A stretch of DNA of 64,000 nt from Eledone cirrhosa. Lineage: Eukaryota. Location of the stretch: assembly GCA_964016885.1 (NCBI GenBank), contig OZ024764.1:19778001-19842000 (forward strand). Direction: 5' to 3'. The position numbers and the translations under genes were made by a program. Positions 54,899 to 64,000 of the stretch are shown in pieces. Position 1 is the first letter of the stretch; every line of letters starts with the position of its first letter. Below the pieces are notes generated by a model. It was not told the origin of the DNA. It made no database searches and saw only the letters and a list, made by a program, of their open reading frames with translations.

Positions 54899-56972
54899 CT
54901 GTATCAATATAAAACTCATTACATCATACTACAACAACAACAACAATTGTGTAGATCCATCATCCTGGCTAAAACTGGGGATAACCTTGTAGGTTTTACC
55001 TATGACAGGGATCATAAACACCAGGTTTCCATTTTTGAAGTAGTGTTTGAAGATTTTGTGTAAATTGAAGTTTTTAACATTAAACTTTGATTTATTATAC
55101 TTTAACAGGTAAGATATATATTTGTATTTTCAGTAAAGGTTGGGAACTTCTGTAATTTAAACCTGCCAATAAAATGAAAACTTTTGTTGTTGCTAGTCAG
55201 ACATTGATATTAATTCTGTTGTCCTGTACATTGTCTCACATATCACAGATTAAACAGATTTTAACAATAACAACAGAAATCAATAACTTGTAAGCCTAAT
55301 ATCTAGCTTCTATTTTAACTATTTGATATTGTTGTTCCCCTCCTGTCTCTTCCGGTCTTTAAGATTTCAACTTCTATCTACTGTACTATTCCATCACCAA
55401 GGTAACATTCATCTTGCTGGCAGCTTACATCAACTCCAGATCTCATCAGTGGTTCACAACAGGCTGGCTGAAAGAAACTTCCAGATATTTTCTATGTCAT
55501 AGCTATCAATCTCCTCCTCCTTATCATATGTATCATGTAGAACATCTCTGAATTTATATTTAACAGGGAGATCTTTTACTGTCCCTACCCTTTTCTCTAG
55601 GTTGTCTTGTACCACCCTCACAGTCCCTCTAGATTTTATATTTAACAGGGAGATCTTTTACTATCCCTACCCTTTTCTGTAGGTTGTCTTGTATCACTCT
55701 CACAGTCCCTCTAGATCTTATATTTAACAGGGTGATATTTTACTATCTCTACCCTTTTCTCTAGGTTGTCTTGTACCACCCTCACAGTCCCTCTAAATTT
55801 TAAATAGAAACTGTCCCTACCCTTTTCTCTAGGTTGTCTTTTACCTCTCACAGTCCCTCTAGATCTTATATTTAACAGGGAGATCTTTTACTCTCCAACC
55901 CTTCTATCTCCAGATAGTCTTGTATCTGTCAGTCCCTCTAGATCTTACACCTAGTATCTAGTCTATGTTGAGTGGTACGTCCTTCTCCAGTAAAGGAGTT
56001 AATATTCCCAACCATCTGTCTATCCTGTTTTCTGATGAGAATGAAGTCAATCTAGTTTATCTCTTCACCTGATTGAAGTAACTAGATCAAGTAACTAGAT
56101 GTTTTCCTGTAAGTTAGTGTTGCAGTGTTCGTGTCACCATGTAAGTTTTATATTTATTAATATAGAGATGTAGTAAAGTTTTCACTGTTGTATCTCTATT
56201 TTCTAAATATCTTAATAATGTTTCTCTACTATTTCAGAATATCACATGACCTTGACAGAAAAGAGTCTTTTAAAGACAACAGAAAGATGTTACATTCAAG
56301 TGATATAAACTTGTTTAGTCTGTGGTGAATTATGGTGAAATATTTCTTCTGAATTGAGATAAATAACATATTCCTTTTTCACTGTCTGGAATATTTACAA
56401 GATGATTTTACATTCTGATTAAACTTTGGATATTTACAAAGGAGTTTTCAAAATATTGGATATTGACAAAGATCACATTTGATAAAATTATGAACAATAG
56501 AAATATTTACATCAACATAGGAATATTTTCCAGAAGAGATGGGAAAATCATTATACCACTGTAATATTTGTGGTAAAGTATTCTCTCTTCTTTATATGTA
56601 GAACATCTAACTAAACACTTTAACTAACAAACTATTTTGCTATAGTATTGACAAACTTGAGCAATGTTTAATAAATGTTACAAATTTCCCCAAACTGTCG
56701 TTTACTAACTTTAATTTGAAGCTATATTATCTATATACTACTAAAACTCTGTGATTGTGTCTTGTCTGTAATTTAATACAGCTAAAACAGTGCATAATGG
56801 GAAAATACTTTGAAAAGAATAAAACAAGTTTTGTATAAATTGGAGCACAGGTTCCCAAGATACGGGGTTTTCTGAGTACCTTGATAAATATAAGGAGAGA
56901 AAGAGATAGTGGTTGTGAGAGTGAGGAGACAGATGGAAGAGAGAGTGAGAGCTGGTGGTATTTAATAAAATA

Positions 56973-57006
<34 letters not shown>

Positions 57007-58127
57007 CGTATGTGTATATTTTAACTATTTAAAAACTATTTTAAAATGATTTTTAAAAATAGTTTTAAGGGAACGTGACAGAACAGGTCCCAGGTCGTCT
57101 AGTTTGTTACTAAATACTAGATATTAGAGGGTCATGTTCTAGATGTGCTGGAAGAGCTATTCCATCTTGTGAGGTTCACACCAGCAGCTAGCCACCTCAG
57201 CACCAAGGTGGTATTTATTATATTATTTATTCTTTATCATTAACATTAATATAAAAGATAATTATATATTTTTAGAGAAGAACCTCTAATTTCATATAGC
57301 TTAGGGCTTCAGTAGGTAAAAGTCTGGCCCTGCTTGTCTTGTATTTTTTAGGGGAGAAGTTAGGGAATACGGTTATTGTGTGAAAGTTTTCTAAATCTTC
57401 TTCAGCCACTAACATGGAGAAGATATTTCAGTAAAAAGATTCACATCCTGACATCTATAGCTGTTAACAATGAGATTGGAATTCATTATTAAACAAATGT
57501 TATATCATCATCACTGTTTTACATCAGTTTTTCCGTGCTGGCATGGGTTAGACGAGTTATCCTGTTGTAAGCAATGCCAGGTCAGGTGACCACGTGTTGC
57601 TCCTACAGAACCAATTTTGGTTTGGTTTCTACAGCTGGATGACCTTCCTAGCACCAACCTTATTTACATTGATTACTGGGTGCTTTTTACCATCTCACCA
57701 ACTCGACCACTTCACAGTGTGGGCTGGGTACTTTTTAACTTTTTGTCATGATACCTACATGACCACTTTACAGTGAGTACTGGGTACTTTCTATTGTGAC
57801 TCCTACTTGACCACTTTACAGTGAGTACTGGGTACTTTGTCATGACACCTACCGTACCACTTTACAGTAAGTACTGGGTACTTTATGTCATGACACCTAC
57901 AGTACCACTTTACAGTGTGGACTGGGTACTTTTTGTTGTGACACCTCCACGACCTCTTTACAGTGTGGACTGGGTACTTTTTGTTGTGACACCTACACGA
58001 CCTCTTTACAGTGTTGGCAGTGAAATATCTAATGCACCAGCTTCAGTAATCAGAAGATCGCTGTTTTCTATATTATAATTTTATAATATACATATACACA
58101 CACAAACACAAATATATATATATATAG

Positions 58128-60935
58128 ATGTGTGCAGCGTGCAAGAGGTGAGATGGAGAGGTGCCTCTGCGAGACTAGTCGTAGGCAAACATCTTAGCTA
58201 TAAGCTTTTCTGGGTAGGTAAGGATGATGGGTTAGGGGGAGTAGGCATTTTCCTGGCTGAGAGATGGATCAATAAGACAATAGAGGTAGTTCGAGTTAGT
58301 AATAGAATAAGCTTAGATTAGTTGTAGGCAGGAGACTACTGACAATCATCTCTGCCTATGTTCCCCAAGCAGGCCTAGGCAAAGATGAGAAAGACTGCTT
58401 TTACGAGCAACTTTTACAAACAGCCGCAATGACAGAGGACGGAGACATCATTATGCTAGTAGGGGACTTCAATGGTCATGTTGGACAGCTCCAGGATGGT
58501 TATACTGGAGTACATGGTGGGCACGGTTACGGCTCAAGAAATGAAGAAGGAGTGAGACTTCTTGAATTTTGTGATGCAGGTACATTGACTATTTGCAACA
58601 CAAACTTCCAGAAACCTGCCAATCACCTAATAACCTACAAATCTGGCGAGCACATAAGCCAGATTGACTTCTTACTAGTTAGGCAGCGGGACAGGCAGAT
58701 CGTGTCTAATACCATGGCATACCCTGGGGAAGAATGTACCCCACAGCATAGGTTAGTTGTTAGTCATATCTCAGTAAGCAAGAGATGGAATGAGACATAC
58801 AGGAAGGTGTGGAGAAGAAAGGTCTGGAAGCTAAAAGACCTTTCACTAAAATACAAATTTAGGAAAGTCCTTCAAGATGTATATGACGAAAAAGAAGACG
58901 ATTTAGAGACGTATGACATAGATAACAACTGGAATTTCTTGCGTGACAACTTACTGCAGGCTACTGATGAAACTTGTGGCTGGAACAGAGCTCCAACCAG
59001 ACAGAGAGTGACCTGGTGGTGGAACAGCACAGTAGATAAGGCCATTAGAGACAAAAGGCTAGCATGGAAGGCTTGGAAAAAGGGTGGGAGTAGGGAAGAA
59101 TATACAGCCACTAAGAGAGAAGCTAGACGTCAGGTGTACTTAGCACGCAGGGAGACTGAGAGTAGGAGGTTTGCCAATGTTCTGCGATGGGAAGATCAGG
59201 GTCAATGCAAATCAGGATGTTGTTGGAGATAAATGTGTCCGGGATGATGCCGGTGTACTTAGTGTCACGAATGATCAGAAAGAGGAGGCCTGGAAATGTC
59301 ATTATGAGAGACTGATGAATGTGGAGAACGAATGGGGGAGAGAGAAATTACCCTTAGTAGATCCGACAGAGGGACCAGCTATTGAGATTGACGAATATAG
59401 GGTCCAAGAGGCGATTAAGGAAATGAAAAATGGTAAGGCTGCTGGACCATCGGGAATAGTTGCTGAGATGCTGAAGGCATCAGGGGACGTAGGCACTAAA
59501 CTGGTTGCACACATCATTAATCAGGCTATATATGGTGGTGTCATACCCAAAGACTGGTGCAGCAGTATTCTCATAAATTGCTACAAAGGTAAAAGGGAGA
59601 GGAGCAATTATAGGGGTATAAAACTGATGGATCAGGTTATGAAAGTGGCAGAAAGGATATTAGCACAACTAATTAGAGAAAGGGTCAAACTAGATGAGAT
59701 GCAGTTTGGTTTTGTGCCTGGGAAGAGTACAACCGATGCCCTCTTCTTGGTGAGACAATTGCAAGAGAGGTTCTTAGAGAAAAATAAGCCACTCTACTTA
59801 GCCTTTATTGACCTAGAGAAGACCTTTGATAGGGTACCCCGATCTGTCATCTGGTGGTCCCTAAGGAAACTAGGTGTTGAGGAATGGCTTGTGAGGACAG
59901 TGCAAGCTATGTACAAGTAGGAGTACATCAACGTTCGGTCCTCAGTCCGCTCTTGTTCATTATAGTCCTCCAAGTCATAACAGAGGAGTTTAAGACTGGC
60001 TGCCCATGGGAACTTCTCTATGCTGACGATCTGGTTCTTATAGCAGAATCAGTAGAGGAGCTAGAGAATAAATTCTGGCTTTGGAAACAGCAAGAGGACT
60101 GAGAGTGAACCTAGCTATGACAAAAGTGTTGATGAGTAGAAAAGAGGACAAAACTCTGATTCTATTAGGGAAATGGCCATGTTCGATATGCAGAATAGGA
60201 ACTGGCATAAATTCTATAAAATGCACACAATGCAGGTCCTGGGTACACGAGATGTAGCGGGATAGCAGGCAAACTAACAGGTAGGGAGAAATACGTATGC
60301 AGTAGATGTACAGGGAAATTAGACAGTAGAAGTCGCATTGATAGACACAGTTTTCAAATGCAGGAAGGCGCTATAGAAGTGGTGGATAGCTTCCGGTACC
60401 TAGGAGATCAGATTAGCATGGGAGGAGTGTGTTCCGAGACCATAGTAACTAGAATAAGGACGGGTTGGAAGACGTTTAGGGAGCTGCTTCCTCTGCTGAC
60501 GAAGAAAGGCCGGTTGTATGATGCCTGTGTGAGCACCGCAATGCTGCATGGTAGTGAGACATGGGCAGCAACTGCAGAAATGAGACATCCGTTGGATGTG
60601 CAGTGTAAATGTGCGTGAACGACCCAGCATGAATGTGTTGAGAGAGAAACTGTGTCTGAGATGGATAGAATGTAGTGTACGGGGGAGAAGACTGAGGTGG
60701 TATGGACATGTGATGCGCATGGAGGATGACCGATGGGTGAAGAAGTGCCAGGAAATGACAGTTGAAGGAAGACGTGGTAGAGGTAGACCACGAAAAACAT
60801 GGGCGGAGGTGGTTAGAACAGACCTCACATCGTTGAAGCTCACGGTGGAGATGACGAAGGACTGTGATGAGTGGAGAGATGGTGTGCTGAATAAGACCCG
60901 TCCCACCCTTGCGAGCAGGGAATAGCGGACGTAAA

Positions 60936-60966
<31 letters not shown>
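58128..60966 (+). mobile_element. Near full-length RTE LINE (APE endonuclease + RT), frameshifted, (ATG)n tail
   Basis: VQEVRW, GDFNGHVG, QIDFLLVR, PQHRLVV; NYRGIKL, DLEKTFDRV, LYADD; WYGHVMR..GRGRPRKTW; tail 60936-60966. Confidence 0.95.
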
Positions 60967-60967
<1 letters not shown>

Positions 60968-60968
60968 A

Positions 60969-62549
60969 CAGTGGTACCTTGATTTACGAGTGTCCCAACT
61001 AATCGGCTGATTTTTTGAGTTGAGTTCCAGGGTAAAATTCGGGTTGCGAGTCAGCTTCAGATGCCCCGCCACTAGTTGGCATAGCGACCGCCACAGGGAA
61101 TACCATAACACCCGCCCAGCATCCCATGGCTTCGAAGAAAGTGAGGGCGAAGGACAGTTCTGAGAAGAAGAAGCAGATGATGTGTATTGAATTAAAGAAA
61201 GAAATTATAGAAAAACATGACCAAGGTGTGTGTAGTCGACTTGGCGAAGCAGTACGAGTGATGAAACAGAACTTTTTTGGAAGAAGATGCCACGGAGGAC
61301 TTATATAATGGCAGAGGAGAAGAGGATGCCTGGCCACAAACCCATAAAGGATAGGCTAACCGTCGCACTGTGCCAATGTGAGCGGTGACTGTAAGATTAA
61401 GTTGCCGCTCGTTTATCATTCAGACAATTCCAGAGTCTGAAAGAAAAATTGCAGGTTATGTGGAGGGCAAACCCGAGGACATGGGTCACCAGGCAGTTCT
61501 TTGTGGAGTGGGTGAATTTGGTCTTTGGTCCTGACGTTAAAAAATATCTCCAGGAAAATAACCTACCCCTGCAAACCTTCTTGTTTTGGACAATATACCT
61601 GCTCACCCACCTAACCTTGAAGAGTTCAAGTTTATAAAGGTTCTCTACCTTCCACCAAACACCACCCCTAACCTACAGACCAAGGACCAGCAGGTACTTT
61701 CTAATTTCAAGAACCTCTTCACCAAGCACCTGTTCAGTCGCTGCTTTGAAGTGACGGAGAGCACAAACTTCACCCTTGAGAGGTCTGGAAGGACCATTAT
61801 AACATCGTGATATGCCTCAGAATTATCGATATGACCTGGCAGGGTCTTACAAAGAGGACCTTGACCTCTACATGGAAGAAGCTGTGGCCTGAAGTTGTGT
61901 TTAAAACAGACTTTGAAAGACTGGAACCCGAAGCGGCAGTGGTGGAGGAGATTGTACCCCTCGGTAAGTCCATGGGCCTGGATATGGATGAAGGTGACAT
62001 CAACGAGCTCATCGAGGAGCACTCCGAGGAGATGACAACGAAGGAATTAAAGGAGCTACAGACACAGCAAAACACGGAGGTTTTGCAGGAAATAGGTGAC
62101 ACAGAGGAGGTTATCTCAACAAGTGAGATGAAACAAACCTTATTAGACAGGTTTTTATTGAAAATCCCTGCAGATAACAGTGATGAAAGCGTGGCGAAAA
62201 GGGCAAAAATCAGCCAATAAGATTCAGTTATTCAGTTCATCCTTTCTCCTCCGTCAACATCCTCAAGTCGTCTGATCTCCAAGATAGATGCTGTACATTA
62301 TACTTAATAAAACTAGTTTGTTGCAGTACATTCTATTGTATTGTTTTTTATATACAATATTTGTCATTTATAAGTACATTTTTCTTATTTAAAAACACGT
62401 AACAAAACAAACTGTGGTTTTGGGGGGTCTGGAACAGATTAATGGCATTTTATTTCATTTCAGTGGGGAAAATTGATTTGACATACGAGTAATTTAAGTT
62501 ACGAGGTCCTCCACGGAACAAATTAAACTCATAAGTCAAGGTACCACAG
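60969..62549 (+). mobile_element. Tigger/pogo (Tc1-mariner) transposon fossil
   Basis: TA-CAGTGGTACCTTGATTTACGAG ... CTCATAAGTCAAGGTACCACAG TIRs (3 mismatches in 22); CENP-B-like IELKKEIIEK; DDE_1-like WRANPRTWVT, DNIPAHP, LPPNTT. Confidence 0.9.
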
Positions 62550-62554
62550 TGTGT

Positions 62555-62620
<66 letters not shown>
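62550..62620. repeat. (TA)n microsatellite
   Basis: ~30 TA units; others at ~20690-20765, ~33150-33256, ~47868-47942. Confidence 0.95.
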
Positions 62621-62623
<3 letters not shown>

Positions 62624-62628
62624 GGAAC

Positions 62629-62795
62629 GATCGACTTTCGTCAAATCGGGCCGAGGAAGCAATGTTTCCATTGGTCTTTCCAATTGCTAGTACTAACGGT
62701 CGCAATTCCAGGTAGAAGGAACAACGTGAAATAAAGTGTCTTGCTCAAGGTCATAACGCATCGCCTGATCCAGGAAGCGAACTCACAACCTCAAG
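62629..62795 (-). mobile_element. tRNA-derived SINE body in reverse orientation
   Basis: Reverse complement of ~30014-30182. Confidence 0.8.
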
Positions 62796-63894
62796 ATATA
62801 TATAGTTAAATATTAGACAGGAACAAAAAACAGAGGCAGTGCAAATGGTAGTTTATACCGAGAGAGAGAGACAAACACATATATACCCCTACTACAGTAA
62901 AACATAAAACATATGTAAGGGGAGACAACTCTCGTTACATCCCCTCTTCTTTTTGACATACGTTCTTTAGATACTTTGTACAATGGAATCTACTTTATTT
63001 TGTGTCCTAAGTAGATTCCTGTTTAAGTATTTACGAGATTCACAATGATTCACGTAACCAAGTTACTTACATAGAGATATATTTCACATAGAATCACAGC
63101 AAATGAAAATATTAAGTCAACACTCTGTCAATCAGTCTCACATCACATGGGGTGCCGGAGTCTCCGTCTAATACTTTCCGAGGCAGTCTTACCTCGAGTG
63201 ATAGCAAGGCTAAGATGTTGGAACTACCAAACACCCTCATATGTATCACCTGACACCTCGGTAAGGAAAGCTGCCAACGATAACAGGGACCTCGTTGTCA
63301 GGGACCCATCTCCTCCAAACTTCTCCAACACCACAGACTAGAATATTCTACTCTTTATTCCCTATTAATATATTTCAGTCTAGTCATTTATCTTGTATCT
63401 TGTATATGTATTTTCAAAACTAACTGTCACATTTGTGAGACCCCAGTTAGGGATGTTTTTGTCTCCCTCCCACATCCTACATGCTGTAGTAAAAGTGAGG
63501 GTCACTGCTTCCGTAGACGAACGAAATAAAAGCTAAACTACCAGTAATTATCGGCAAAGTATTTATTCCAGTCTGTGATGTTTGAGAAGCTGGGCTGCTG
63601 ACAACGAAGTTGTTGTCACTGTTGGCGGCTGGCTTTACCGAAGTACCCGATGACTCTTGTGAGGGTACTTAGTTGTTCTGGCGGTTTAGCCTCCATATGA
63701 CCCGATCTTACCGAGATACCCGGTGATCTCTGTCAGGGTACTTAGCTGTTCTGGTAGCTTAGCCTCCATATGACCCGATCTTACCGAGATACCCGGTGAT
63801 CTCTGTAAGAGTACTTAGCTGTTCTATTTTAATTACATTTACTGTCTTTAACTTCATTTTTTTATTACAAACTTTACATAATTTCATTCGGTAA

Positions 63895-64000
63895 AAATAT
63901 TTTTACGTCACAAAAAAACTCGACCTTTGATATTGAAGCATGCGCAGTGGTGCAGTTGTCGACTTCCTGTCCACGTGTTAGTCTTCCTACAACATCATTT
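63895..64000 (+). promoter_or_regulatory. Putative promoter and start of exon 1 for a further ZNF gene beyond the window
   Basis: TTACGTCA 63903, GCATGCGCA, ACTTCCTGT, CACGTG. Confidence 0.55.

Overview
Eukaryotic, AT-rich, repeat-dense DNA. The C2H2 finger style and SINE/RTE content suggest a coleoid cephalopod such as Octopus; this is inferred, not proven. The window is a + strand tandem array of ~15-17 kb units. Each unit has a motif-dense putative promoter and noncoding exon 1, a TE-filled intron ending in a 39-bp VNTR, a large exon encoding an effector-less C2H2 zinc-finger (ZNF) protein, a vestigial ZNF exon downstream, and a fossil hAT transposon. Four ZNF genes are present (9 fingers with a frameshift, 12, 21 and 11 fingers). 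A fifth appears deleted at a microhomology junction (~12,778), and a promoter at the right edge predicts another gene beyond the window. Fossil TEs include hAT (GTF2IRD2/SPIN-like), Tigger/pogo, Merlin, piggyBac-type and palindromic MITEs, Helitron-like elements, RTE and CRE-clade LINEs, and tRNA-derived SINEs; several have spawned minisatellites. Coordinates were read by eye and may be off by a few bases. Gene models are unsupported by expression data.
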